Of a DNA stretch of 64,000 nt, positions 26,209 through 36,327 are shown piece after piece. This stretch comes from Verrucomicrobiota bacterium. Its GTDB lineage: Bacteria; Verrucomicrobiota; Verrucomicrobiia; Limisphaerales; UBA11358. The notes under the pieces were generated by a model, which was not told where the DNA came from, made no database searches, and worked only from the letters and a program-made list of their open reading frames with translations. Both the position numbers and the translations under genes were made by a program. Position 1 is the stretch's first letter, and each line of letters opens with the position of its first letter. The DNA lies in assembly GCA_049521735.1 (NCBI GenBank), contig JBEKON010000001.1:98604-162603 (forward strand), read 5' to 3'.

Positions 26209-27455
26209 TTCCCATGAAAAAATTATTTTTCCTCCTATTTCTCGCGGTCGCGCTTTTCAGCGCTGATGCCGCAACGAAACTTCCGTTCAACGTCCGCGAC
26301 TTTGGCGCGGTCGGTGATGGCACGAACAAGGACACCGTCGCCTTCCAAAAGGCGCTCGATGCATGCGCCATCGCCGGCGGTGGCGAAGTGCTCGTGCCTG
26401 CCGGCAACTATCTCATCGGCAGCGTGCAGATCGGCAACCGCACCATCCTCCGGCTGGCAACGAACAGTGTCATCACCGGCAGCGCGGACACCAATGATTA
26501 CCCGATGCTCGATGTCCGCTGGGAAGGGCGCTGGCAGCCGGGGCGGCGCGCGCTTATCTATTCTGCGAATGTTGACCACACTGGCATCATCGGGCCGGGT
26601 CGCATTGACGGGAATCCTGCCGTCGCCGCATCGCAGAATCCCCGTGGCGCGGTCGTCCTTGAACCCATTTCTTGCAATGACGTTCGCTGGGAAGGTTTCA
26701 CCGTGACGCAAGGCGGCAACTGGGCGACTCACCCCACTTACTGTTCCGATGTCGTAATTAAGAACGTGAACATCAACGGCAGTCGTGATGGCATTGATGT
26801 GGATTCGTGCAAAAACGTCCGCATCGAAGGCTGCGACATAGACACGGGCGACGATTCCATCAGCCTTAAATCCGGTCGCGGGCTGGACGGCGCGCGCATC
26901 GGCAGGCCGACGGAAGACGTGCTCATTACCAAATGCACCTTGAATGGGCAACGTTTTGCCTGCATTGGCATTGGCAGTGAAACCTCCGGCGGCATCCGCA
27001 ACGTGCGGATCGAACACTGCCAGTTGACCAGCCACACGTATGGCGTCTATGTGAAGACCCGCATCGGTCGCGCCGGAATCATCGAGAACATCGCGGGCGA
27101 CGACCTCGACGTGCTGGCCGGGGGCTTTCTCCGCGTCAACTTGATCAGCTCCGGCAACAAAAACACAGCGGACGATCCGGTGGAGGGACTGGCCGGCTAC
27201 CCGGTGGGCCGGAACTTCCACTTCACCGACATCCGCATGACCGGCACCACCCTGGCCGATGTCAGCCAGATTGCCGCGGAGCGACCGCTGGATGGGCTGA
27301 TCCTGAAAAATATCACGGGTACCTGCACCAAAGGCATCGCGCTGGCGCACGTCAATCACGCCGTCCTGCGCAACATCCACGTGACCGGCTACACAGGTCC
27401 GTTCCTTACCCTGACCAATGCCTCGGGCATCGGGTTGGAAGAGCTGAAGCAATAG
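26205..27455 (+). CDS. Glycoside hydrolase family 28 (polygalacturonase-like, right-handed beta-helix)
   Basis: FNVRDFGAVGDGTNKDTVAFQKALDAC, SRDGIDVDSC, DTGDDSISLKSG; ATGA overlap with the upstream gene. Confidence 0.75.
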   Translation: MIPMKKLFFLLFLAVALFSADAATKLPFNVRDFGAVGDGTNKDTVAFQKALDACAIAGGGEVLVPAGNYLIGSVQIGNRTILRLATNSVITGSADTNDYPMLDVRWEGRWQPGRRALIYSANVDHTGIIGPGRIDGNPAVAASQNPRGAVVLEPISCNDVRWEGFTVTQGGNWATHPTYCSDVVIKNVNINGSRDGIDVDSCKNVRIEGCDIDTGDDSISLKSGRGLDGARIGRPTEDVLITKCTLNGQRFACIGIGSETSGGIRNVRIEHCQLTSHTYGVYVKTRIGRAGIIENIAGDDLDVLAGGFLRVNLISSGNKNTADDPVEGLAGYPVGRNFHFTDIRMTGTTLADVSQIAAERPLDGLILKNITGTCTKGIALAHVNHAVLRNIHVTGYTGPFLTLTNASGIGLEELKQ

Positions 27456-27474
27456 CCAGATGTAGGGCTACGAT

Positions 27475-27873
27475 TCAACTGTTCAACGCCATCACGGCCC
27501 AGTCGTTGTTTGTCGTCGAGAGCACGACCATACATTGGTCCACCTTCACCGTCGTGGCGTAGAGGTAAAGCATGTCGATCTTTTCCTGCGCCAGTTTCTC
27601 GGTGATGAACTGCAGCTGGCCAGCCTGGTTTTCGCATTCGACGAGGATGACCTTGGCTTCCTGCACTTCCCAATGCTTTTCGCGCAACGCATTCATCATC
27701 CGCTGATGCTCGTTGCTGACCATCTGGATGATGGCGTCCTGACCGTCCACGGTGGCGATGATGGCGTCGAGTTTGATGCCCTTTTCCGCGATGCTTTTGG
27801 CGACTTGGGCCAGCACGCCGACCCGGTTATTCAGCCGGACGATTGCTTCCTTCGCCAATTTTGCCTTTATCAT
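27475..27873 (-). CDS. ACT-domain protein
   Basis: Two ACT-like repeats (VRLNNRVGVLAQVAKSIAEKGIKLDAI / VECENQAGQLQFITEKLAQEKIDM). Confidence 0.6.
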   Translation of the reverse strand: MIKAKLAKEAIVRLNNRVGVLAQVAKSIAEKGIKLDAIIATVDGQDAIIQMVSNEHQRMMNALREKHWEVQEAKVILVECENQAGQLQFITEKLAQEKIDMLYLYATTVKVDQCMVVLSTTNNDWAVMALNS

Positions 27874-27976
27874 ACGGCCTCCCATCGGTTTGCCACTTGG
27901 CCGCGCCACCGGCCCGTGGCGTTTTCCAGCTTCAGTTCTATTTTACCACATCTCCATTAGTTTTGCTCCACTGAAT

Positions 27977-28030
27977 TTACGAAAAAATTGATTCAATCTT
28001 CTCTACGCCTTTGCGTGGCAAGGTTTCAAT
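27977..28030. repeat. Partial copy of the 16718-type element
   Basis: ttacgaaaaaattgattcaatcttctctacgcctttgcgtgg versus 16747-16790 atacgaaaaatttgattggtaatttttactctgcgcctttgcgtc. Confidence 0.65.
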
Positions 28031-29198
28031 CCTCCGCCCGTTCACCCGCGGGGGCCATTTTGACGAGGCGCGGGAAAAATTTTGCCAGCGGTTCAACAAG
28101 GTCGGTTTGCGCGGCCATGACTTCCTCGATGTTTTTATAGACCATCGGGACTTCATCCAGACCGGCGGAAATCAGTTTCACACCGCGTTCGTCCAAATAG
28201 GGTTGAACCATCTTCCAATTAAAACTCTCCCTCGCCTTGTGGCGGCTCATCACGCGGCCCGCGCCGTGTGAGGCGGAGTTGAGCGACGCGGCGTTGCCCT
28301 TGCCGCGCGCGACGAACGTCGGGCTGGCCATCGAACCGGGAATCACGCCCAGCACACCCAAGCCCGCCGGCGTCGCACCTTTACGGTGGACGATGAGGTC
28401 ACGTCCACCGTGGCGTTCCTTCCACGCGAAGTTGTGATGGTTTTCGATGTCCAGCAGCACGCCCGCGCCGAGATGACGCGCGATGTGTTTGTGAATGAGA
28501 TAATGATTCGCAGAGGCGTATTGGCCCATCAATTCCATCGCCGCCCAGTATTCCCGGCCGTCGGCGGAATCGAGGTCGAGCCACGCGAGAAAATTCAATT
28601 CCTTTGGCAAATCCCTGTGTTTCTGGCGCGCGACGCGGCTGTAATGGTCGCAGACCTGCGCGCCAGTGCCGCGACTGCCACTGTGGCTCAACAGGGCGAG
28701 ATACGTGCCCGGCTCAAGACCGAGTTCCTTGTTCTCCACGGTGAATTCGCCGAACTCGACGAAATGATTGCCGCTGCCGCTGGTGCCGAGTTGCGCCGCG
28801 GCTTTGTCGCGAAGGCGTTGTGTGACGGGGCTGACCGACCAGTCCTCGTCCATAACCGGATGTGAGCGGCGATGTTTGAATTCCACGCCAATGCCGAAGC
28901 GCGTCTCGGCTTCAATGGCGCGGATGAGATCGGTTTCGCGGCGGCGCAACCAGTCGAGCGGCAAATCGAGCACGGTGAGTTTGACGCGGCAGGCGATGTC
29001 CACGCCGACGGCGTAGGGGATGACGGCGTTGTCGGTGGCCAGCACGCCGCCGATGGGGAGGCCGTAGCCGACGTGGGCGTCGGGCATGAGCGCGGCGGCG
29101 ACGGAGACGGGCAATCGGCAGGCGTTCTCCATCTGCTGGAGCGCGTTGGCGTCCAGATCCACGCCCCACTGGCGGTAGGTGATGGGCTGGCCGGGCAT
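28026..29198 (-). CDS. rtcB: RtcB-family RNA ligase
   Basis: MPDAHVGYGLPIGGV, GSGNHF, HSGSRGTGAQV, NHHNFAW, HGAGR motifs. Confidence 0.9.
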   Translation of the reverse strand: MPGQPITYRQWGVDLDANALQQMENACRLPVSVAAALMPDAHVGYGLPIGGVLATDNAVIPYAVGVDIACRVKLTVLDLPLDWLRRRETDLIRAIEAETRFGIGVEFKHRRSHPVMDEDWSVSPVTQRLRDKAAAQLGTSGSGNHFVEFGEFTVENKELGLEPGTYLALLSHSGSRGTGAQVCDHYSRVARQKHRDLPKELNFLAWLDLDSADGREYWAAMELMGQYASANHYLIHKHIARHLGAGVLLDIENHHNFAWKERHGGRDLIVHRKGATPAGLGVLGVIPGSMASPTFVARGKGNAASLNSASHGAGRVMSRHKARESFNWKMVQPYLDERGVKLISAGLDEVPMVYKNIEEVMAAQTDLVEPLAKFFPRLVKMAPAGERAED

Positions 29199-29285
29199 GA
29201 GAAACAGTATGCCTCGCAAGGCGCATGTGCCAATGGAAAGTGGAACATTTGCATTTTTGCCGAATCGGGATACTGTTCACGCATT

Positions 29286-29522
29286 ATGGAACCGACCATT
29301 GCCCAAAAATCCCCATTTGTTCAACAAGTCAAACCCGGAACGTATTGGTGGTGCGCCTGCGGCCAATCAAAAGCCCAACCGTTTTGTGACGGCTCGCATA
29401 AAGGCACCGGATTTGCGCCGAAGAAAGTCGAGATCAAGGAAATCCGGACTCTCGCGTGGTGCGGTTGCAAACATTCGAAGAACGCGCCGTTCTGCGACGG
29501 GAGCCATGCGGGATTGGTTTGA
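29286..29522 (+). CDS. CDGSH iron-sulfur domain protein (two CDGSH motifs)
   Basis: 78 aa from ATG 29286: ...CACGQSKAQPFCDGSHKG...CGCKHSKNAPFCDGSHAG. Confidence 0.8.
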   Translation: MEPTIAQKSPFVQQVKPGTYWWCACGQSKAQPFCDGSHKGTGFAPKKVEIKEIRTLAWCGCKHSKNAPFCDGSHAGLV

Positions 29523-29624
29523 GCGAACTTACCGGCGCTTTTCGCGTCCGGTTCTTATTGCGAACGGCATCCAGCATGTCATTTCCAGCTTGCCCTCCGC
29601 GCCCGTTTCGCGTCTAAACAACCC

Positions 29625-30419
29625 ATGCCTGACTGGATTGTCGTCGTCATTTTGGGCGTGATCGAAGGGATCACGGAGTTCATACCCGTTTCGTCCACCG
29701 GACATCTGCTGGTCGCGGAACATCTCCTGAAAGTCCACGAGAGCGATCTCTTCAACATCGTCATCCAATGCGGCGCGGTCATCGCCGTCCTGCCGCTGTT
29801 TCCCCAACGCCTTTACAAATTCGTTTTCGAATGGCGCCAGAAGGAAACGCAGGATTACCTGCTGAAAATCCTCACCGCCTTCGTCATCACCGGGGCCGTG
29901 GGTTTCGTCCTTGATAAAAACGGCTTCAAGCTTGAGGAAAACGTCGCACCCATTGCCTTGGCATTGCTCATCGGTGGCATTGCCTTCCTCGCCATCGAAT
30001 GGTGGCTGCGCGGGAGAAAAATGAGCGATAAAATCACCTGGCCCATCGTCATCGCCGTGGCCGTCGGCCAGTTGATTGCGGCGGTTTTTCCCGGTTCATC
30101 CCGTTCCGGCTCGACGATTTTGCTGGCGCTGTTGCTCGGTATGAACCGCCCGGCGGCGACGGAATTTTCCTTTCTGGTCGGTATTCCAACGATGCTGGCG
30201 GCGGGCAGCCTGAAAATTTTTGAGGCGTTGCATCATCCCATCGCCAATGCGCCGCATGAAAATTGGGGCTTGGTTTTGCTGGCGACCGTCATTGCGTCGG
30301 TGGTTTCCTTCATTGCCGTGAAATGGCTGCTGCGTTACATCCAGACGCACACGTTCAATCTGTTCGGCTGGTATCGCATCGCACTGGCGGTTGCGATTTT
30401 TCTCCTGATGCTGCGTTGA
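29625..30419 (+). CDS. uppP: Undecaprenyl-diphosphate phosphatase
   Basis: GVIEGITEFIPVSSTGHL..., SRSGSTI motifs. Confidence 0.9.
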   Translation: MPDWIVVVILGVIEGITEFIPVSSTGHLLVAEHLLKVHESDLFNIVIQCGAVIAVLPLFPQRLYKFVFEWRQKETQDYLLKILTAFVITGAVGFVLDKNGFKLEENVAPIALALLIGGIAFLAIEWWLRGRKMSDKITWPIVIAVAVGQLIAAVFPGSSRSGSTILLALLLGMNRPAATEFSFLVGIPTMLAAGSLKIFEALHHPIANAPHENWGLVLLATVIASVVSFIAVKWLLRYIQTHTFNLFGWYRIALAVAIFLLMLR

Positions 30420-30422
30420 GAA

Positions 30423-30508
30423 TTTTGGACGGGCGGGTTATGCGAGTCCCAAATTATGCGAGCCCAGGATTGCCTTGAATGGGGGCTCGTGTAACTCGCC
30501 CTCCGAAG
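30423..30508. repeat. Second copy of the ...GGGGGCT-GT-AACTCGCCC(C)TCCGAA element family
   Basis: Right half gaatgggggctcgtgtaactcgccctccgaag versus 14808-14843 ggaatatgggggcttgtggaactcgcccctccgaaa; between convergent uppP and the LysM gene. Confidence 0.8.
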
Positions 30509-30512
30509 TAAA

Positions 30513-31100
30513 TCACTGCGCCGGCGCTGGAATAAAAATTTTCTGCCCGATCTTCATGTCGCCTGGATTTAGCCCGGGATTCGCCTTCAAAATCTGGTCC
30601 GTTGTTACTTTGATGCCCTGATCGCGATATGCTTTCACAATCGCCGAGAGCGTGTCTCCGCTGCGAACGTTGTAATCATAGCCTTTTTGCGGGCTGCCTG
30701 CGGCCGGACCGGGATTGCCCGTCGGCGCTGTGATTGGGACACTCGGTGTTATTTTATGGCCTGGCTGCGGCGCGCCCAACGATTTTCCAAGGCGTTCCAA
30801 CTCCTTCAAAATCCGCGCGTTGTCCTCCTGCCGTTTCTTGTCAATTTCCTGCACCTGTTCGGCGAGTTTTTTCAAATCATCCTGGTTGGCTGTGGTACCG
30901 GGCTGATTCAACTTGTCCTGCAGCCCGCTAATTTCCTTCTCCAGCGCCTCGATGCGTTTGGCCTGCAACGCCTGTGCATCAACCAGGTCCTGGACCTGGC
31001 CGTTGAGTTTGTTGATTTGCTGTTGTGTTGCGTCCTCCTGCCCATGCGCCACCCAGGCTGTGAAGACGAAAATGAAAAGCCAAAGCGAGATTTTTCTCAT
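30513..31100 (-). CDS. Secreted coiled-coil protein with C-terminal LysM domain
   Basis: Signal peptide; YNVRSGDTLSAIVKAYRDQGIKVTTDQILKANPGLNPGDMKIGQKIFIP. Confidence 0.75.
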   Translation of the reverse strand: MRKISLWLFIFVFTAWVAHGQEDATQQQINKLNGQVQDLVDAQALQAKRIEALEKEISGLQDKLNQPGTTANQDDLKKLAEQVQEIDKKRQEDNARILKELERLGKSLGAPQPGHKITPSVPITAPTGNPGPAAGSPQKGYDYNVRSGDTLSAIVKAYRDQGIKVTTDQILKANPGLNPGDMKIGQKIFIPAPAQ

Positions 31101-31164
31101 GCACCGAAAATAAACCGCCATGCGGCGGCGTCAAGTTGAAGCGCACAGGTCGCGCGACGAAATC

Positions 31165-32478
31165 TCACGCCAGTTTTCCGTACCGCCGGATTTCCGGCCA
31201 AATCCACGCCACGGCGAGCACGGTCAAAATGGTTCCGACGCCGCCGGACACGACGGAAATCACCGCACCGGCGACAATCGTGTTCCCGATGGTCGGCCCG
31301 AAAATTTGCGCCACCATGCCGGACTCGAATCCGCCGAGTTCATTGGACGTGCCGATGAAGAGATTGTTGACGGCGGAGACGCGCCCGCGTTTTTCGTCGG
31401 GCGTGAGCATCTGCACCAGTGTGTGCCGCACCACGACGCTGATGTTGTCCACCGCACCGCACATGAACAACATAATGAACGAGAACCAAAACCACGTCGA
31501 AAACCCGAACGCAATCGTGCCCAGCCCGAAGGCCGCCACAGCCCACAGCATCGCCCGCCCGGCTTTTTGCAGCGGTGGCCGGTGATTCAGAATAAACACG
31601 CAGAGCACAGAGCCCATGGGCAGCGCCGCGCGCAACAATCCCAATCCGCCTGGTCCACTGCCCAAAATGTCCTTCGCATAGATCGGCAGCAGCGCCGTCG
31701 CGCCGCCCAGCAACACCGCGAACATATCGAGCGTGATGATTCCCAGAATCATCTTGCTCGCATAAACGAACTTGAATCCCGTCAGCAGCACCTGGAGTGT
31801 CATGGGTTCCTTGACGGTAACGGTGTGTTGCTGCCTGATCATGCTGATGAAGATGAAAAAGACCAGCGACGTTACCATAGTGAACACATAAACCAGTGCT
31901 GCGGGGTAGGCCGGGTGATACCTGAGCATGTAGGCGATGATCGCGCCCGCTGCCAGCGGGCCGGTGATGCTGGATAGTTCAAACGCGCCGGCGTTCCAGT
32001 TCACCGCGCGCGGGAAATCCTTGCGATCCACCAGATGCGGCAGAAATGCCGCGTTGGCCGCCCACATGAACGTGCGGGCGGTGCCGCCGACAAACAGACA
32101 GACGTAAACCCAGTAAACCGGCGCCTTGAGCGCCGAAACGACAGCCATTCCGAGGCTTGCCATCGCGATGACAATCGCCATCAACGCCACGATCCGTTTG
32201 CGGTTGTAATTGTCCGCCACGTGCCCCGCCGGCAGCGTGAACAGAAATATCGGGATCATTTGCGTCAGCCCCACAAGCCCCAGTGCCAGCGCGGAGCCGG
32301 TGCGTTCATAAAGTTCCCAGCCCACCGCCAGCAAGAACATCTGCTGGCCAAACACCGCTATGAGGCGGCCCGTGAGGTAAAGCGTGAAATCCCGGTTCCG
32401 GAAAATGGCATACGGATGCTCGCCGGTGGTTTGCGCCAAGGGCGTCGGCAGATTTTCCGGTGATTCAGATTCGTGCAT
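31165..32478 (-). CDS. MFS transporter
   Basis: About 12 predicted TM segments; MFS-like GHVADNYNRKR loop; start uncertain. Confidence 0.7.
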   Translation of the reverse strand: MHESESPENLPTPLAQTTGEHPYAIFRNRDFTLYLTGRLIAVFGQQMFLLAVGWELYERTGSALALGLVGLTQMIPIFLFTLPAGHVADNYNRKRIVALMAIVIAMASLGMAVVSALKAPVYWVYVCLFVGGTARTFMWAANAAFLPHLVDRKDFPRAVNWNAGAFELSSITGPLAAGAIIAYMLRYHPAYPAALVYVFTMVTSLVFFIFISMIRQQHTVTVKEPMTLQVLLTGFKFVYASKMILGIITLDMFAVLLGGATALLPIYAKDILGSGPGGLGLLRAALPMGSVLCVFILNHRPPLQKAGRAMLWAVAAFGLGTIAFGFSTWFWFSFIMLFMCGAVDNISVVVRHTLVQMLTPDEKRGRVSAVNNLFIGTSNELGGFESGMVAQIFGPTIGNTIVAGAVISVVSGGVGTILTVLAVAWIWPEIRRYGKLA

Positions 32479-32573
32479 GAACGGAACGGCCTTGAATTTA
32501 GCGCAAAATTTGCGCCCGTCGAGTTTTCGCGGTGAAGACAACTAGCTCCAGCCGTCCAGCGGGAAGTGGAGCG

Positions 32574-33989
32574 TTACTGCCTCTTCAAAAGTTTTTCAAA
32601 CCTGGCGATCACGTCCGGATTTTTGTCCGCGACATTTTGAGTTTCGCCTGGATCGGTTTTGAGGTTGTAAAGTTCCCAGGGTTTGTCGCCTTGTGCGCGT
32701 GTGATTTTCCAATCGTCCATGCGCGCCGCCTGGGCGAGGCCGTTCCCATTTTTCATTTCCCAACGGAAAAAGCCGTGCCGGTTGGTTTGCGTTTGGCCGA
32801 ACAACGCCGGTAAAACGGAGATGCCGTCAATATTCTCCGGCGGCTTGGTGAGCGCAATCCCCAGTGCCGTTGGCAAAAAATCCCACGATGCCCAGGTGAG
32901 ATCGCTGACTTGGCCGGCTTGAATTTTTCCCGGCCAACGAACGATCATCGGCACGCGCAGGCCGCCTTCGTAAAGCTCGCCACGGATGCCGCGAAACGGT
33001 CCGGTGCTGTGGAGAAACTTCGGATCAATACCCCCGTCCTTTGCCGGCCCGGTGTCGCTCGAAAAGAAAATCACCGTATTGCTGGTTTGATTGATATCTC
33101 GGAGTTGTTCCAGCAGTTGTCCGATGCATCCATCGAACCGCGCAATCATGGCGGCCTTGTTCTTTTCCGCCTGAGGCCACGGTTCCCCTGAATAAGGAGC
33201 GTCGGTGGGCACTTGCATCCCGTTGCCGGTGCGCGCCATTTCGGCGGTGTTCGCGCGCGGAGTTGTGTAATTCAGCAGCAGAAAAAACGGCTGGTGACGG
33301 TTGAATTGGTCCGGTTGATTGTTTTTGATGAAATTCATCGCCATGGTCGTAAACCGGTCGGGAATATATCGGCCCTTTTTGCCGTCGGCGTTTTCGTATA
33401 CCGGCGCCTTGCCCTGAAAATGGGTCGCTGGATCATGCCGCCACATGTAATCGGCGTAATAATTTTCCGCCTCGCTGGCATCAAAATAGCCGGCGAATTC
33501 ATCGAAGCCCTTCAACCACGGTGCGCCACTCGTGCCGTCACCCCCCAAATCCCATTCGCCAATCAAGCCGGTGTGATAGCCGGATTGCTTGAGCACTTGC
33601 GCGACCGTGACATCGTCCGCTGCCAGCGGCACGTCCACGTCCGCGCGCTGTTTCAAATGCGCTGAATCTTTGCCGAGCATCAACGCGGCGCGCGTCGGCG
33701 AACTCGCCGCATCGCCCGCGTAATAGCTCGTGAAACGGATGCCATCGGCGGCGAGCCGGTCGAGATTCGGTGTTTGAAACTTCGTCTGGCCATAGCAACT
33801 CAAATCGCCATAACCGAGGCCGTCGGCGACAATCAAAATAATGTTGGGACGGCGCGGCATGGGTTTTGGCGAACTGTTGGTGAAAACAAATTGCGCCTGC
33901 GCGTCCGGCAAAAATCCCAAAGCTGTCACAAGCGCAAACAGCGCGCCGGCGAAGACATGGCGGAATCGGTAATGGCAAATGGATGTCAT
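32574..33989 (-). CDS. Secreted arylsulfatase-family enzyme, Ser-type active-site motif
   Basis: PNIILIVADGLGYGDLSCYGQ; formylglycine motif reads S-S-P-T-R (AASSPTRAALMLG) rather than C-x-P-x-R. Confidence 0.8.
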   Translation of the reverse strand: MTSICHYRFRHVFAGALFALVTALGFLPDAQAQFVFTNSSPKPMPRRPNIILIVADGLGYGDLSCYGQTKFQTPNLDRLAADGIRFTSYYAGDAASSPTRAALMLGKDSAHLKQRADVDVPLAADDVTVAQVLKQSGYHTGLIGEWDLGGDGTSGAPWLKGFDEFAGYFDASEAENYYADYMWRHDPATHFQGKAPVYENADGKKGRYIPDRFTTMAMNFIKNNQPDQFNRHQPFFLLLNYTTPRANTAEMARTGNGMQVPTDAPYSGEPWPQAEKNKAAMIARFDGCIGQLLEQLRDINQTSNTVIFFSSDTGPAKDGGIDPKFLHSTGPFRGIRGELYEGGLRVPMIVRWPGKIQAGQVSDLTWASWDFLPTALGIALTKPPENIDGISVLPALFGQTQTNRHGFFRWEMKNGNGLAQAARMDDWKITRAQGDKPWELYNLKTDPGETQNVADKNPDVIARFEKLLKRQ

Positions 33990-34052
33990 GTGAGGTTGGA
34001 TTCTGGGAAAATCAATGCGTTCAAAGCAATTCTTTTCGGCAGGGCATTTGTG

Positions 34053-34129
34053 AACAACCAAGAAACAAAGGAACAAAGTTTTAGGGGAATGGATTTGTTC
34101 CACCGTCGTTGCCTGGTTTCTTTGTTGTT
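34053..34129. repeat. Imperfect hairpin with A-rich/T-rich short-period arms
   Basis: aacaaccaagaaacaaaggaacaaag ... tttgttccaccgtcgttgcctggtttctttgttgtt, between the sulfatase start and the ampG-like stop. Confidence 0.7.
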
Positions 34130-35408
34130 AATTCCTTTTCCCAAATTCCGCTTCCAACGGAATTCGCATCGCGACAATGAAGCTCGGAATCGTGGTCAGC
34201 AGCACCCAGACGAAGAAATGCGGATAGCCGATGCGCTCCTGCAACCAGCCGCTCCACATGCCCGGCAGCATCATGCCCAGCGCCATGAAGCCCGTACAAA
34301 TCGCGTAGTGCGCCGTCTGATGTTCGCCGCGCGCAATGTAAATCATGTACAGCATGAACGCCGTGAAACCGAAACCGTAGCCGAATTGCTCGACCGCGAC
34401 GCCCGCGCCGATGGCGAAAAGATTCTGCGGCTGCGCATGGGCCAGCCAGATGAACACCGCGTCGGGCAGATGAATCGCCAGCAACATCGGCCACAGCCAG
34501 AATTTCAATCCGCGCCGCGCCACGACAAAACCGCCGAGCAATCCACCGAGCAGCAGCGCAAAGATGCCGGCTGTGCCATAAACCACGCCGAGTTGTTCGT
34601 TTGTCAAACCCAGACCACCCTGTTCGCGCCCATCAAGCAAAAATGGCTGAACCATTTTCACGAGCTGCGCCTCGCCGAGCCGGTAAAGCAGCAAAAAGAG
34701 CAGCAGCGCGATGATTTTGGGTTTCTGAAAAAATGTTCCGAACGTTTTGAAGAATTCGCGGAGAAAATTTTCTGACGAGCCAGCGCGCCTGGGTTGATCC
34801 ATCGCTGGCTTTGGCAGGACAAAAAAATGATAAGTGCCCAGGCACAAAAAAATTCCCGCCGTCAGGGCAAGCGTCATTGACCAGGCGAACGCATAATCAC
34901 CGGTGCGTCCATGAATTTTACCGGCAAGAATCACGAGGCCGCCTTGCGCACAAATCATTGCCACGCGATAAAACGTGTTGCGAATGCCGACAAAAAACGA
35001 CTGCTCGCGTTCCGTTGTCGCCAGCATGTAAAAGCCGTCCACGGCGATGTCATGGGTCGCGGAGCTGAATGCCAGCAGCCAGAAAAACGCGAGCGTGAAC
35101 TGAAAAAAATGCGGCGCGGGAATGGTCAACGCCACGCCCGCCAGTCCCGCGCCGAGGAGCAATTGCATCGTCCAAATCCACAGCCGCCGTGTTTTAAGCA
35201 GATCCACCACCGGACTCCACAGCGGCTTGATGACCCATGGCAAATAAAGCCAGCTCGTGTAGAACGCGATGTCCGTGTTTGACACACCGAGGTTTTTGTA
35301 AAGCACCAGCGACACCGACATCGCCAGCACATACGGCAGTCCTTCCGCCACATAAAGCGTGGGGACCCAAAACCACGGGCTGCGGGAACTGGTTTTTGCG
35401 TCGGCCAT
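34128..35408 (-). CDS. ampG: AmpG-like MFS permease (muropeptide/PAT family)
   Basis: SPWFWVPTLYVAEGLPYVLAMSVSLVLYKNLGVSNTDIAFYTSWLYLPWVIKPLWSPVVD. Confidence 0.7.
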   Translation of the reverse strand: MADAKTSSRSPWFWVPTLYVAEGLPYVLAMSVSLVLYKNLGVSNTDIAFYTSWLYLPWVIKPLWSPVVDLLKTRRLWIWTMQLLLGAGLAGVALTIPAPHFFQFTLAFFWLLAFSSATHDIAVDGFYMLATTEREQSFFVGIRNTFYRVAMICAQGGLVILAGKIHGRTGDYAFAWSMTLALTAGIFLCLGTYHFFVLPKPAMDQPRRAGSSENFLREFFKTFGTFFQKPKIIALLLFLLLYRLGEAQLVKMVQPFLLDGREQGGLGLTNEQLGVVYGTAGIFALLLGGLLGGFVVARRGLKFWLWPMLLAIHLPDAVFIWLAHAQPQNLFAIGAGVAVEQFGYGFGFTAFMLYMIYIARGEHQTAHYAICTGFMALGMMLPGMWSGWLQERIGYPHFFVWVLLTTIPSFIVAMRIPLEAEFGKRN

Positions 35409-35436
35409 CCGGGCATGAGTAAAACAGGCCGGGGCC

Positions 35437-36234
35437 GTGCGCGCAAAAAATTTCCGGCTTGGCACTTGGGGTGCGCAATGGTTCAGTCAGCGTGTGACCG
35501 GCGCATTTCTCAACGCATTGGGCATTTTAATCGGTGGACTTTTCGGACTCGCCCTGCGCAAGCCGTTGTCTCTCAGCGCGCAAATTTTTTTCCGAGCGGC
35601 GCTCGGCGCATTCACCGTTTTCTTCGGTCTGCAGCTCGTTTGGTTGAGTATCGGCGGAACCTTTATGCCGGTGTTGAGGCAAATGCTCACCGCCGCGCTC
35701 GCCGTGACTCTGGGTTTTTGGGTTGGGAAATTGCTCCATTTGCAAAAATTATCGAATCGCCTCGGCCGTTTCGCGGGCAGTTTGATCGCGTCCGCGCAAT
35801 CGAACGCGCCGCGCAAAATCAGCGGCGGTTTCAGCGCGTGCGCCGTGCTTTTTTGCGCCGCGCCGCTGGGATTGGTCGGCGCGGTGGTGGATGGGCTGCC
35901 GCCCCAAGGCGGCCAGTTCGGGTACTTCTGGCTGCTGGCGATCAAAGCCGTGATGGATGGTTTGGCCATGACCGGTTTCGTGAAGCTATTCGGCTGGCCG
36001 TCCGCACTGTCGGCGTTTCCTGTCTTCGCCTTTCTCGGCGGAATCACGCTTGCCTGCCAGCTTTGGGTGCGGCCGTTTCTCGAAACGCACGGTTTGGTTG
36101 ATCCGGTCAATGCCGCCGCCGGCCTTGTCGTGTGCGCCATTGCGTTGATGATTTTTGAAGTCCGCAGGGTGGAATTGGCAAATTTTCTGCCGGCCATCGC
36201 CCTCGCGCCGCTGCTCGCATGGTTGCTGGAATGA
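35437..36234 (+). CDS. DUF554 family membrane protein
   Basis: GAFLNALGILIGGLFGL...; multi-TM. The true start may be the internal GTG near 35494. Confidence 0.6.
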   Translation: MRAKNFRLGTWGAQWFSQRVTGAFLNALGILIGGLFGLALRKPLSLSAQIFFRAALGAFTVFFGLQLVWLSIGGTFMPVLRQMLTAALAVTLGFWVGKLLHLQKLSNRLGRFAGSLIASAQSNAPRKISGGFSACAVLFCAAPLGLVGAVVDGLPPQGGQFGYFWLLAIKAVMDGLAMTGFVKLFGWPSALSAFPVFAFLGGITLACQLWVRPFLETHGLVDPVNAAAGLVVCAIALMIFEVRRVELANFLPAIALAPLLAWLLE

Positions 36235-36327
36235 ACCAACGCATGCTCGCCCGGTGGCGATGGAGCGGGTTGGCATTCAAGCTTTGGCTTGCCGCGCGCC
36301 GCGAACAAGCTAAAGCTAAACACCGGC

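Noticed and set aside
27462-27471. Mini-palindrome gtagggctac between GH28 and the ACT gene, as a possible empty site or excision footprint of a GTAGG element
   Set aside because: It is only 10 nt, so it could easily arise by chance. It cannot be supported without genome-wide statistics.
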